In this document: positions 17,276 to 28,724 of the stretch, in pieces
Layout of the letters: the number at the start of each line of letters is the position of its first letter
Numbering within the stretch: position 1 is the first letter of the stretch
Origin: Alphaproteobacteria bacterium
GTDB lineage: Bacteria > Pseudomonadota > Alphaproteobacteria > GCA-2731375
Direction of reading: 5' to 3'
Assembly: GCA_965225945.1 (NCBI GenBank)
Contig: CBDDBZ010000036.1
Location: 192,001 to 256,000, forward strand
DNA length: 64,000 bases
The notes under the pieces: model-generated
What the model was told of the DNA's origin: nothing
Database searches by the model: none
The model's input: the letters and a program-made list of their open reading frames with translations, nothing else
Program-made: the position numbers and the translations under genes

Positions 17276-17357
17276 CGACGCGGCCGGCGAGGTCGTCCTC
17301 ATCGGCCCGGACAAGGAGGTTCCGGACGGCGGACGGATGTATTGAGGTTATCGGGGC
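17276..17357 (+). repeat. Duplicate of the csaA 3' end (15542-15623)
   Basis: 82-bp direct repeat with about 5 mismatches. Confidence 0.9.
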
Positions 17358-17458
17358 GGCGAGGCGTTTGGGCTTGGTGATCACCACGACATCGCCCGCG
17401 CGAGGATGCCGCTCGACACCTCATCGCTGCGGACGAGTCGGTGAGAGCTGCGAATTCA

Positions 17459-17534
17459 TGGTGCCGGCGGAGGGACTCGAACCCCCGACCTGAGGTTTAC
17501 AAAACCCCTGCTCTACCAGCTGAGCTACACCGGC
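17459..17534 (-). tRNA. tRNA-Thr (UGU)
   Basis: GCCGGTGTAGCTCAGCTGGTAGAGC..anticodon loop TTTGTAA..GGTTCGAGTCC..GCCGGCACCA, 76 nt. Confidence 0.96.
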
Positions 17535-17583
17535 GCGCCGCGTCCCCCCTCCCTAGCCGATTTCGCCGCCGGCTCCAAGGGGC

Positions 17584-17758
17584 GCAGGGCAATCGCGTGA
17601 ACGCGATTGCCCTGGAGTCTTCTTGTTCCCTCAGACGCCGGGCGCGCCCATCCGGGCGCTTGGCTTCGCTCGCATAAGCTCGCGGGGCCTCAATGGCCCA
17701 TTCGCGGCGATTGACGCGCTATCATGGCCGTGGCCATCACTTCATGCGATTGCCCTGC
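17584..17758. mobile_element. 175-bp MITE, copy 1
   Basis: TIR GCAGGGCAATCGCGTGAA / TTCATGCGATTGCCCTGC; 8-bp TSD CAAGGGGC (17576-83, 17759-66). Confidence 0.88.
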
Positions 17759-17903
17759 CAAGGGGCGCCGCCAAGTGGCGATGCCCAGAACCAGGCGATA
17801 AACTGTGCGTGAGGCGGGCGTTTGGCCCTTCCGCGCGGGGCCGGCGCCGCCCATCATCGGGACCGGGCCGGGAAGCGAGGCGAGGATGCGACGCGGCGAG
17901 AGC

Positions 17904-18524
17904 ATGCCGTCGAGGTGGGGCTTGATCCTGGCGGGGGCCGGCCTGCTCGCGCTCGCCGTCGCGGGCGCGGCGGCGCAGTCGGACGATGGCGAGTTCCGCC
18001 AGACCGAGCACCTCAGAATTGAAAACCCCGAACAGCTCGACGGCGTGAAGGCGGAGAAGATCTACCAGTCGATCGCCGGCGAGCTGGTGACCTTCTATGC
18101 CATGTCGCGCGAACCCACGGCCGGCGCCTATCGGAACTGGCGGCGCTACAACAGCGCCCCCTACCTCTCGGCGACCCACGGTAACCGCTACGTCAACAAC
18201 TACGCCAACGCCAAGGGTGCCGGCTATGAGAGCTTGAAGTCGGGCGTGAAGATGCCCGTGGGCGCGATCTTCGCCAAGGACAGCTTCACCGTCACCGCCG
18301 AGGGCGAAGTGTTCGGCGCGGCGCTGTTCATGATGGAGAAACTAGCGCCCGGGACCAGCCCGAAGACCGCCGAGTGGCGCTATGTCGCAATCCTGCCCGA
18401 CGGCAGCTACTCGGGCGATACGACCGGCGACAACGCCGCCGACATGGCCTATTGCCACGCCTGCCACAAGATCAAGGCGAAGGTCGACTACCTCTATTAC
18501 GTGCCGAAGAACTATCGCCGCTGA
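17904..18524 (+). CDS. Cytochrome P460 / c'-beta family periplasmic cytochrome
   Basis: Signal peptide, MPVGAIFAKDS, LFMMEK, EWRY, C-terminal CHACH. Confidence 0.82.
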   Translation: MPSRWGLILAGAGLLALAVAGAAAQSDDGEFRQTEHLRIENPEQLDGVKAEKIYQSIAGELVTFYAMSREPTAGAYRNWRRYNSAPYLSATHGNRYVNNYANAKGAGYESLKSGVKMPVGAIFAKDSFTVTAEGEVFGAALFMMEKLAPGTSPKTAEWRYVAILPDGSYSGDTTGDNAADMAYCHACHKIKAKVDYLYYVPKNYRR

Positions 18525-18874
18525 GGCGCGCCGCGATCGATCGGGGGTCGTTCTCGAGACGCCGGGTGCTTGGCCACGCTATTGCGCTCTAGGTGCATGC
18601 GGCTGCCGTGCGCATGGATGCAGCTCTCGCCGTCGGGCAGCCGCTCGATCAGCGTCCAACTGCCTCGGCGCGAGGCGAAGAGCTGCATCTCGTTGCCGTT
18701 CTCCATGAGCGCCTCCGCCACCCGCGCTTCGCTGAAGGCGCGGTCGAGATAGACCGTCAATTTCTCATGCTTCAGGCAATTTCCGACCATGTCGGTCTCC
18801 ATTGCCAGTCCAGGGCTCGCCGTCAAGGCCAGCGCCAGCGCCGCGCCCGCCAGTGTCTTCAACCTGCCCGTCAT
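18512..18874 (-). CDS. Small secreted hypothetical protein
   Basis: Signal peptide; C..L...FSE..MQLFAS..GSWTLI..DGESCI pattern; GAGG RBS. Confidence 0.75.
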   Translation of the reverse strand: MTGRLKTLAGAALALALTASPGLAMETDMVGNCLKHEKLTVYLDRAFSEARVAEALMENGNEMQLFASRRGSWTLIERLPDGESCIHAHGSRMHLERNSVAKHPASRERPPIDRGAPQRR

Positions 18875-19015
18875 GTCCGATACCTCGTTTCCCGGCCCCG
18901 CGGGGCCGAGGGTGCCGCTCGGGGCGGCCACCGTCGCTTGTTACAAGTCTCGGTCACGAGATGGGAGGGGCGAAGACACTTGCTTTCAAGTAGCCGAGAG
19001 GGGTCCGTGAAAAGC

Positions 19016-20215
19016 TCATTCGGCCGGCCGGCCTCGGCCGGACCAGAGCCGCTTCGAGGCGATGGCGGCACCCTGGCCAAGCGCGGCGAGCTTGGCCCAG
19101 ACCACCTCGGGATGGCATTCGAAGGTGGTGGCGAAGCTGGCGAAGCCGCAGTCGGCGCCGGCGATGACGTTCTCGGCGCCGACCACCTGGGCGAAGCGCT
19201 CCAGCCGCTCGGCGATGGTCTCGGGATGCTCCACCAGCACGGAGCTGTGGGTGATCACGCCCGGCACCAGCGATTTGCCCTCCGGCAGGTCGACCTCGGC
19301 CCAAAGCCGCCATTCGTGCTCGTGGCGGGGGTTCGCCGCCTCGAAGGAATAGGCCCCGGCGTTGACCTTCACCATGATGTCGATGATGTCCTTCAGCTCC
19401 ATGTCGTGGACCCGGGGACCCATGTTGATGGAATAGCAGGTGTGGTAGCGGATCCTCTCCTGCGGGATGCCGCGCAAGCCGTAATTCAGGGCCTCGACCC
19501 GGCGCTCCGCCCAGGCCCGGCATTCGGCGACCGAGAGCTCCGGGTGCAGCACGTAATAGGTCGCCAGCAGCGGATCGTCGATCTGCAGCAGGAAGCCGGC
19601 CTCGACGATGGCGAGATACTCCTCGCGCAAGGCCTCGACGATCGCCGCCAGATAGTCTTCCTGGCTGCCGTAATGCTCGTTCGAGTGCCAGTCCTCGATG
19701 TTGGCGGGGGAGATCGCGGGGATGAAGGCCTCTTGCCCGTCGACGCCGTCGAGCGCGCGGCGCAGCCGCGCGATGTCGGCTTGGATCGCCGCCTGGCCCT
19801 GGTAGGAAATCGGCCCGGTGCAGACCCAGCGCGTGGGACCGACGTCGCCGGCCGTTCCCGGCAGCTTGGCGGCCCATTCGTAGAACCCGGGAAAGGCCTT
19901 CACCTCGCGCGATTGGCCCCAATAGCTGCCACCGGGGACGTAGGAGGGCCCTGTATTGGGTTCGAAGCCCCGCAGTCTCTCGTTGATGTAGGGGATGAAG
20001 CCGATGCGGCCCATCTCGCCGTCGCTGACGACGTCGATCCCGCGCTCGGCCTGGAGGCGAATGGTCTCGGCCACCGCGCTCTCGACCCGGGCCTCGAAGG
20101 CGGCCTCGTCGACCGCCCGGCCGGCGAGCCTGTCGCGGATCAGCGCCACCAGATCGGCGGGCCTGGGCAGGCTGCCCACATGCGTCGTCAGAATGCGCTT
20201 CGTGCTGCGTTGCAT
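19016..20215 (-). CDS. Cobalamin-independent methionine synthase II family protein (MetE C-domain-like)
   Basis: ILTTHVGSLPRP, VSDGE, LQIDDP, YHTCY Zn ligands, FEAANPRHEHEW, AGADCGF. Confidence 0.92.
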   Translation of the reverse strand: MQRSTKRILTTHVGSLPRPADLVALIRDRLAGRAVDEAAFEARVESAVAETIRLQAERGIDVVSDGEMGRIGFIPYINERLRGFEPNTGPSYVPGGSYWGQSREVKAFPGFYEWAAKLPGTAGDVGPTRWVCTGPISYQGQAAIQADIARLRRALDGVDGQEAFIPAISPANIEDWHSNEHYGSQEDYLAAIVEALREEYLAIVEAGFLLQIDDPLLATYYVLHPELSVAECRAWAERRVEALNYGLRGIPQERIRYHTCYSINMGPRVHDMELKDIIDIMVKVNAGAYSFEAANPRHEHEWRLWAEVDLPEGKSLVPGVITHSSVLVEHPETIAERLERFAQVVGAENVIAGADCGFASFATTFECHPEVVWAKLAALGQGAAIASKRLWSGRGRPAE

Positions 20216-20297
20216 TTCACTCTCCCCACGCCCGGCCGGGCGCGCTCGATCATGGCAGCGGGGCGCGCGAGGCGGCGAGGGCGCCCTCGGCTGCCTT

Positions 20298-21613
<1,316 letters not shown>

Positions 21614-21692
21614 CCCTCGCGGCGGAAGCTCGCGTTGACAGCGGAGGGGGGGCAATCGTATCACCACGCCCGACCACGCGAGGCGGGAAACC

Positions 21693-22832
21693 ATGGACTT
21701 CGAGCTTTCCGAGGAACAGCGGGCCTTCCAACAGATGGCCCGGCAGTTCGCCGAGGCGGAGATGGCGCCCAAGGCCGGAAAGTGGGACGAGGACTGCATC
21801 TTTCCCACAGACACGCTCCGCGCGCTGGCGGCGCTCGGCTTCGGCGGCATCCTCGTGGCGCCCGATGTCGGTGGTTCGGGCCTCACACGGCTCGATTCGA
21901 CCCTCGTTTTCGAGGAGCTGGCGGCCGGCTGCACCTCGACCGCGGCCTATGTCTCGATCCACAACATGGCCGCCTGGATGATCGACACCTATGGCAGCGC
22001 GGCGCAGCGGGAACGCTGGCTGCCCGAACTCTGCGCCATGGGGAGCTTCGCCAGCTACTGCCTGTCCGAGCCCGATGCCGGTTCCGACGCGGCCAGCCTC
22101 TCGACCCGCGCCGTCAGGGAGGGCGAGGATTACGTGGTGAACGGCGCCAAGGCCTTCATCTCCGGTGGCGGCGTGTCGGACCTCTACGTCACCATGGTGC
22201 GGACCGGGGGCGAGGGCGCGGCGGGCATCACTTGCCTGGTGGTCGAGAAGGACTCGGTCGGTCTCTCCTTCGGCAAGCAGGAGAGGAAGCTCGGCTGGCG
22301 CTCGCAACCGACGGCGACGGTCGGTTTCGAAGACTGCCGCGTCCCCGTCGCCAACCGGCTGGGCGCCGAGGGCGAGGGTTTCAAGATCGCCATGCGGGGC
22401 TTGGACGGCGGCCGGCTGAACATCGCCGCCTGCTCGCTCGGCGCCGCCCGGGCCTCGCTCGACGCCGCGGCCGCGCACCTGGGCGTGCGCAAGCAGTTCG
22501 CCCGCCCGCTCGCCGAATTCCAGGCGCTCCAGTTCCGCATCGCCGACATGGTGACCAACCTGGAGGCGGCGCGGATCTTGCTGCGCCAGGCCGCGAGCAA
22601 GGTCGACGCGGAGGCGCCCGACGCCACCCTGCACGCGGCGATGGCCAAGCGCTTCGCGACCGACGCCGGCTTCGAGATCGTCAACCAGGCACTGCAGCTC
22701 CACGGCGGTTACGGCTACCTCAAGGACTATCCGATCGAGCGCTATTTGCGGGACGTCAGGGCGCACCAGATCGTGGAGGGGAGCAACGAGATCATGCGGC
22801 TGATCATCGCCCGCGAGGTGCTGGGCCGGTGA
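21693..22832 (+). CDS. Acyl-CoA dehydrogenase (isobutyryl-CoA dehydrogenase-like)
   Basis: [59 protein letters not shown]. Confidence 0.93.
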   Translation: MDFELSEEQRAFQQMARQFAEAEMAPKAGKWDEDCIFPTDTLRALAALGFGGILVAPDVGGSGLTRLDSTLVFEELAAGCTSTAAYVSIHNMAAWMIDTYGSAAQRERWLPELCAMGSFASYCLSEPDAGSDAASLSTRAVREGEDYVVNGAKAFISGGGVSDLYVTMVRTGGEGAAGITCLVVEKDSVGLSFGKQERKLGWRSQPTATVGFEDCRVPVANRLGAEGEGFKIAMRGLDGGRLNIAACSLGAARASLDAAAAHLGVRKQFARPLAEFQALQFRIADMVTNLEAARILLRQAASKVDAEAPDATLHAAMAKRFATDAGFEIVNQALQLHGGYGYLKDYPIERYLRDVRAHQIVEGSNEIMRLIIAREVLGR

Positions 22833-23911
22833 GTGCCGCCGGCGGCGACATCGTGTTCCGGCGCCTGGGCGCGCTCTCGATCGTCACCCTCGACCGGCCG
22901 CAGGCGCTCAATGCGCTGACGCTCGACATGGCCCGCGCGATCGATGCGCATCTGGTCGCCGTGGCGGCGGACCCGCGGTGCCGCGCGGTACTGATCGAGG
23001 GCGCCGGGAAACGGGCCTTCTGCGCCGGCGGCGACATCCAGCGGATTTACCACGCGGGCCGCGCCGGCGAGACCTACGCCCACGACTTCTTCCGCGCCGA
23101 ATACCGATTGAATGCGCGGATCCACCATTTCACCAAACCCTATATCGCGCTGATGGACGGCATCGTGATGGGGGGGGGCGTCGGCCTGTCGATCCACGGC
23201 GGGCTTCGTGTCGCCACCGAGCGCTTGATGCTGGCGATGCCGGAGACGGGCATCGGCCTGTTTCCCGACGTCGGCGGCGGCTACGTGCTGCCGCGCCTTG
23301 CGGGCCAGACGGGGATGTTCATGGCGCTCACCGGAGCCCGCCTGGGGCAGGGCGATGCCGTGGCGCTGGGCTTCGCCGATGCCGCCGTGGCGAGCGCGCG
23401 GCTGGAGGACCTGAAAGACGCCTTGGCGGGCGACGCGCCCGCCGATCTTCCCGCCGCGCGGGCGATCGTCGCAGGATTCGCCGAGGATCCGGGCGCCGCT
23501 CGCCTCGCCGAGGCGCGGGCGCGGATCGATGCCCACTTTGGCGCGGAGTCGGTGGCGGCGATCATTGCCGCGCTCGAAGCCGACGGCGGCGAATGGGCTT
23601 CGAGGCAACGCGACATCATCGGCGCCAAGTCGCCGACCAGCCTGAAGATCACCCATCGCCAGCTTCGCGCCGGTGCCCGGCTCGACTTCGACGACGTCAT
23701 GGGAATGGAATACCGCATGGCGCACGGCTGCCTCGCCGGCCACGACTTCTACGAGGGCGTTCGCGCGGTGATCATCGACAAGGACCAGACGCCGAAATGG
23801 CTGCCGGCGCGGCTGGACGAGGTGAGCGAGGCCGTCGTCGCCGCGCATTTCGAGCTGGAGCCCCCGGGCGGCGATCTGGTGCTGCCCGGCGAGGGAAGGT
23901 GTGCGAGTTAG
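22829..23911 (+). CDS. 3-hydroxyisobutyryl-CoA hydrolase (crotonase family)
   Basis: [57 protein letters not shown]; GTG overlaps upstream stop. Confidence 0.92.
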   Translation: MSAAGGDIVFRRLGALSIVTLDRPQALNALTLDMARAIDAHLVAVAADPRCRAVLIEGAGKRAFCAGGDIQRIYHAGRAGETYAHDFFRAEYRLNARIHHFTKPYIALMDGIVMGGGVGLSIHGGLRVATERLMLAMPETGIGLFPDVGGGYVLPRLAGQTGMFMALTGARLGQGDAVALGFADAAVASARLEDLKDALAGDAPADLPAARAIVAGFAEDPGAARLAEARARIDAHFGAESVAAIIAALEADGGEWASRQRDIIGAKSPTSLKITHRQLRAGARLDFDDVMGMEYRMAHGCLAGHDFYEGVRAVIIDKDQTPKWLPARLDEVSEAVVAAHFELEPPGGDLVLPGEGRCAS

Positions 23912-23921
23912 GGAGGGAGCG

Positions 23922-23971
23922 ATGGCCAGATTAGGATTCATCGGCGTCGGCAACATGGGCGGGCCCATGGC
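23922..23971 (+). pseudogene. Truncated 5' end of mmsB (left junction of island)
   Basis: MARLGFIGVGNMGGPMA; 23904-23971 repeats 36235-36302. Confidence 0.85.
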
Positions 23972-24175
23972 TTCAGACGCAACCTCATCGCCTCGCCATG
24001 TATCGCACCCGTCCGACAACGCTCAACAAGAGGTGACGCTAAGCATTTTGAAATGCTGCCAGCGGCAGGTAATGCTCACGGCGTTACGACCTGGTATCTC
24101 ATATGGAAACCGAGGGCGCCATGCCCACTCCTAACGGAAGACGCCGATTGAGATGACTGACGAGACCGCCACCAA

Positions 24176-24600
24176 GATCTCACCGCATGGGGATTTCCGC
24201 CACGGCGGCGGCAGCGATGGGGCGAGAGCAGGTTGTTCTCGCGCATCACCCGGAGCACCCGCTTGCGGGAAACACGGATGCCACGACAGACCCGAAGCCG
24301 AGCCCAGACCTTGCGGTGTCCCTCGCCCTCCCAGGGGGATGCCTCCAGGTCGGCCTCGATGGCCACCAGCAGAGCCTCGTCCGAGATCGAGGGCTTCGGT
24401 CCCCGGCGCTTTGCTGGTGGGCGCTCAGCGGTGGCCTGCTGCCGGGATTTCATGGCGTAGAACGAGGAACGGGCAAAACCCCAGGCCGCACAGACCCGCT
24501 GGAGGCCGTAGGCCAAACCCGTGCCGGGAGAGGTGGCGGCACTCATCGCCGCGACCTCCGCCGCCCCAAAGGGCCACGTCTCCGTCTTGGCCTCCAGCAG
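24176..24600 (-). pseudogene. Internal fragment of the IS at 31153-32570
   Basis: Near-identical to 31729-32154; isolated TIR-like remnant TGTATCGCACCC at 23999. Confidence 0.88.
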
Positions 24601-24604
24601 ACCG

Positions 24605-24847
24605 ATGGGGCGGGCACGGGCGCCCGAGAAGGTCAGAGTGCATTACGGCGGCGATGCCTCGCTCCTGCTGGACCTGACTCGTAGCGCCTTGATCGTCCAC
24701 TCCCTCGACGAACTCAACGCTGCCCTCGACAATATCAAGTCGACTTATAAGATCGTTCGTATCAAGGACCACACCGCTGAGCCGACCGAAATGGGATATC
24801 AAGGGACATCGCTCTCAATGTGCTCTCAGATGTCGAGCGCATACTAA
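24605..24847 (+). pseudogene. RelA/SpoT-like nucleotidyltransferase fragment
   Basis: RAPEKVRVHYGGDASLLLDLTRSALIV..IVRIKDHTAEPTEMGY pattern. Confidence 0.5.
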
Positions 24848-25025
24848 GGGTCAGGTCTTGCTTCTTGCATTGGAAGGGGTGTGGCACATGAGGACCCCGG
24901 GCAACTTTATCAGTTCCCGCCCGATAGGCTCGACTGTCGGGAGGATGTACGCCAGTTTCCGAGACGAGACTTCAGAGGCAAATAACAAGACCTGACCCCA
25001 AGACCGTGACCCCAAGACCTGACCA
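24848..25025. repeat. Second REP-like family: GGGTCAGGTCTTG and three inverted CAAGACC(G)TGACC copies
   Basis: 24848 forward; 24986, 24999, 25013 inverted. Confidence 0.7.
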
Positions 25026-25663
25026 CCGTCCCCGACCGCCTACTCCTCGCTCAGGCGGGAGCGGGAAGCCGAGGTTCTGGAGCTGGACTACGATGTCGCA
25101 TAGGGGGAATGGCCGCCATGTCCGGAATTGCCAATCCATGTCTTGTATACCCCCAGGTTTCCCCGTAATATTAGACGGCGCTAAACGGAGATAGTTGACC
25201 CATTTTCTCTGTCGATGCGCTCTTCGACCGATGGGCATCACTTGGAACGGTCATTCTGGATTACCGGCCTTTCGGAGGCTGTCGAGCAGGGAAATTAATG
25301 GCACGACATGCATGCCGATAAAATGGTCGCGAACGAAGGCAACCAAAAGACGCGGCTGCATCTCCAGGGCCTTTTCGCGCGCGGTTGGCTATCAACTGAT
25401 TTGCCTCGCGCGAGTGGTCACCCAACCAAGTTGTATCTCGCGAGCCGTCGGCGATTGATTCGATTGCCTCGCGAACTCCCAATACGGTTACCCATTGCCG
25501 TTTTCTGTCTTCCAACTCCCAATGACCGTGGGGAGCAAGTTCTTTCGCCTCGATTAGGATCTGGCACGCTGCCACGGCGTGCTCGATAGTCCCTTCGAAA
25601 TCCACGGACAGCAGCTTCGTGTTCGTGATGGAACGCGCTGCGCCTGCTGCACCGCCAGAAGGG

Positions 25664-26455
25664 TTAAGATCGGCGCGCGAAGTGCCGCTTCAGTTTTTGG
25701 TAGTAGAAGGCCGGGTAGGAGAGGCACATCGTTACCAGGACGTACTCGGTGAAGACATAGACCCACTGGCGCTGCATCCGGCCGCCGAAGGTGTCCATGC
25801 CCTTGGTCAAGAACATGAAGCAATAGAACGCCGAGCCGAGGAGTATCAGGATGGCAAAGATCGTCTTGTCGTCGAGCCCGCGCCACCCTGGCCGCTTGCC
25901 CGCCGCCCCGGCCCGCGACAGCAAGACCTCCAGGCTGGCGTCCGCGATGAAGGCGAGCGGCAGGGCGATGAAGAGGACGATCGAGAACGCCATGTGGCTC
26001 TCATTGCTGACCTTGAGCGTCACGATCGCCAGCAGCGTCAGGCTCAGACAGATGACGACGCCGCCGAAGAGCCAGATATTGTTGAGCCCGCGACAAAGGC
26101 CGGCAGGGCGAAGGCGCGCGGCATCGGCGGCGGCGATTCGATCACGGTTCAGGCGCCAGACCAGCCACCAGGCGGTGAGGGCGCAAATCGCGACGATTGT
26201 CATGCCGGGCGCGAAGAGATAGCTCGCGGGCTCAAGGGCGCTGGTCTTGGAGATCGTCGGCACGCGGGTGGCGACGTAGTCCGGGTAATAGGCCGCGAAT
26301 ATGTAGCGGGTCGCCATGATGACCGGCACGCCGACAAGACTGACCAGTCGGCTGGAGACGACCAGGCGTTCGGGCGCAAGAAGGCGCGGTAACGATGAGA
26401 GCACTGAGTTCGAGCCTCCGGCAGTGTGCGCGGCGGCGCGCATCCTAGCCGACAT
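25664..26455 (-). CDS. Multi-pass membrane protein, Frag1/DRAM/Sfk1-like
   Basis: About 6 hydrophobic helices; VPTISKTSALEPASYLF after TM1, conserved-type His (SHMAFS) and TEY in last helix. Confidence 0.65.
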   Translation of the reverse strand: MSARMRAAAHTAGGSNSVLSSLPRLLAPERLVVSSRLVSLVGVPVIMATRYIFAAYYPDYVATRVPTISKTSALEPASYLFAPGMTIVAICALTAWWLVWRLNRDRIAAADAARLRPAGLCRGLNNIWLFGGVVICLSLTLLAIVTLKVSNESHMAFSIVLFIALPLAFIADASLEVLLSRAGAAGKRPGWRGLDDKTIFAILILLGSAFYCFMFLTKGMDTFGGRMQRQWVYVFTEYVLVTMCLSYPAFYYQKLKRHFARRS

Positions 26456-26475
26456 TCCCCAATAGAACGTCGGTT

Positions 26476-26860
26476 GTCAACGGCGGAGAAAAAGGGGCTA
26501 TTCGGCGGTTTTATAGAGCGCCACCATCGCTCTGGCAGCTTGTCCACGTAGTCCACGGCAGGGACCTGTGGGCCCACGTGGTCAAGCGTTGGGGCGTGGT
26601 CTGTCCGCTTTAGCTTTCTTGGAGGCGCGAGCCTGCTTGAGGCGGTAGCTCTCGCCGTTGCATTCGAGAATGTGGACGTGGTGCGTGAGCCGGTCCAGGA
26701 GCGCGCCGGTGAGCCGCTCGGAGCCGAAGACCTCGGTCCATTCATCGAACGGCAGGTTCGAGGTAACCAGGATCGAGCCCCGCTCGCATCTTTGAGAGAA
26801 GATCTCGAAGAGGAGTTCGGCGCCGGTCTTGGAGAGCGGCACGAAGCCGAGTTCGTCGAC
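26476..26860 (-). pseudogene. IS21 remnant: 3' istB fragment plus terminal repeat
   Basis: [42 protein letters not shown]; end TGTCAACGGCGG at 26476. Confidence 0.85.
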
Positions 26861-27041
26861 GCGGAGGATGGACCGTGGCGCCGGTGGCGCCGCGTAAGCC
26901 ATCCGACAAGAGGCGGTATTTCGCTTGTTGTTAGCGGTGGTTCCAGGGTGCGCTTATATGGTGCTCTTTTTGAGCGGTCGGTGGCGGTTGGCTGACGGGA
27001 TGCTTTTGGGCTTGGCTGATTTTGTTTCGCGCTGTGGCTAT

Positions 27042-27933
27042 TCAGTCGAGGGGCCGGTCATCGATCTGGAGCGGTTCGCCGGCGCGGTCGCGCATGAGCA
27101 TGTCGTTCCAGTCCAGGGCGTCGAGGGCAGGGCGCAGGCGGACGACCCTGCTGTCGTTTCGGATGAGCCGTGCCGCGGCGTCATCGCCCTGGCGGGTGGC
27201 GTCGTAGGCGCAGAAGATCCGGCCGGGGTTCCAGGCCTCGATCCATTCGGGGAGGCTTGCGGTGGCGCCGCCGGTTGAGACCACGGCGCATCCCTTGCGC
27301 CCGGCCGGGACGAGGTGGAGGGAGAGGACCGACAGGGCGTCGATTGCGTTCTTGGCGAGGATGACGGAGTTCGGCCAGTCGGGTTCCCACGACATCCAGA
27401 AGCCGCCGCGCGCGGCGGCGCCGGTCGGCGCGAGGCGGCGTGGCGCCGCGGCCGGCGAGGCTCTCGGCGCCGAGAGCCTCGCCGGCCGCGTTTCGGCGGA
27501 CGAACACGGCGTTGCCGTGGCGGTCGGCGTAGAGCAAGCCGAGGTCGCGGCACAGGGCGACGAGCACATCCGCGAGGCCGCGCTGCTCGACGAGGTAGCT
27601 CTGGATGGCGGGCCAGTGGCGGTCCGGGCACGGCGGCTTCGGGTGGCGATCGGCCGGGAACCGGTCACGGCACGGCAGTTCCGAGAAGAAGCCGAGGGCC
27701 TCGGGCACGGTGCACCGGCAGGCATGGATTACCAGGTCGATCGCTCCGCCCCCGCCGCGCAGATGTTCGTAGAACATAAAGCCGTTGATGCTGACGACGG
27801 ATCCGGGACGCCTCCAGCGCGCGGCATCGGTGGGATCGCGGCGGTAGCCGAGGCGGCGGACGACGTCTTCGAGGGGATAGCCTCGCAGGGCCTCGGCCCG
27901 CACCCGCCGGTCCCAGAGGCGGGGACCATCCAT
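27042..27933 (-). pseudogene. DUF3991/Toprim-like protein, frameshifted
   Basis: GGGGAIDLVIH, YLVEQRGL, LYADRHGNAVF, then other frame GGFW..NAIDALS..STGG..FCAYDATRQGD..DWND. Confidence 0.75.
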
Positions 27934-27935
27934 GG

Positions 27936-28724
27936 CTACGCCGGCGGCGGTTCCCCGCGGTCCTGCGCGCCGGCCTTGCCGGCTCGCCGCCGGCGGCGCT
28001 CGGCGCTGCGCTGCTTCTGGCGTTCCTCGGCCTCCTTGCGGCGCCAGGACTCGGCGTCGATGGCGATGATCTCGGCGTTGTGGACGAGGCGGTCGACCAG
28101 GGCGACGAGGCAGGCGGCGTTGGGGAAGGCCTCACCCCACTCGGCGAAGGGCCGGTTGGTGGTGATTATGGTGGAGTTCTGCTGGCTGCGGCTGGAGACG
28201 ATGTTGAACAGCAGATCGGCATGGCGGTTGCTGTAGGACAGGTATCCGACCTCGTCGATCACCAGCAGGTGCTGGCGGGCGTAGAAGCGCAGCCTGCGCT
28301 GAAGCAGGGTGTCGCTGTCGAGGGCGGCGAGCTCGCCGAGCATGCTGGCCGCGGTGGCGAAGCGCACGGTGTGGCCCTCGAGGACGGCGCGGTGGGCGAT
28401 ATTGGCGGCGATGGTCGACTTGCCGACGCCGTTTGGGCCGACCAGGACGACGTTGGCGGCCTCGTTGAGGAACTCGAGGCTCATGAGATCCTCGACGGCC
28501 ATGCGGTCGCAGCGGCGCGGCCATGCCCAGTCGAAGTCGGCGAGCGGCTTGAACTGTCCGAGGCGGGCGTCGCCGAGGCGGCGCTTGAGGCTGCGGCTTC
28601 GCCGTTCCTCCTCTTCCCAGGCGACCAGCGCAGCGGGCCAGTCATGCCCGGCGACCTCGCCCCAGTGGGCGGCGAGGCCGTGCAGGCCGAGCGCCCGGGC
28701 ACGGCCCATGAGGGTATCGTTCAT
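27936..28724 (-). CDS. istB: IS21-family helper ATPase IstB
   Basis: [35 protein letters not shown]; ATGA overlap with istA. Confidence 0.93.
   Translation of the reverse strand: MNDTLMGRARALGLHGLAAHWGEVAGHDWPAALVAWEEEERRSRSLKRRLGDARLGQFKPLADFDWAWPRRCDRMAVEDLMSLEFLNEAANVVLVGPNGVGKSTIAANIAHRAVLEGHTVRFATAASMLGELAALDSDTLLQRRLRFYARQHLLVIDEVGYLSYSNRHADLLFNIVSSRSQQNSTIITTNRPFAEWGEAFPNAACLVALVDRLVHNAEIIAIDAESWRRKEAEERQKQRSAERRRRRAGKAGAQDRGEPPPA

Noticed and set aside
17459-17534. tRNA-Thr as an island attachment site
   Set aside because: No duplicated tRNA 3' end or integrase seen in the window
19016-20215. Epoxyalkane:CoM transferase call
   Set aside because: Same family, but no alkene monooxygenase or CoM genes nearby; left as methionine synthase II family
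25261-25605. 114-aa ORF in the island
   Set aside because: Looks like a degraded remnant; no family could be supported
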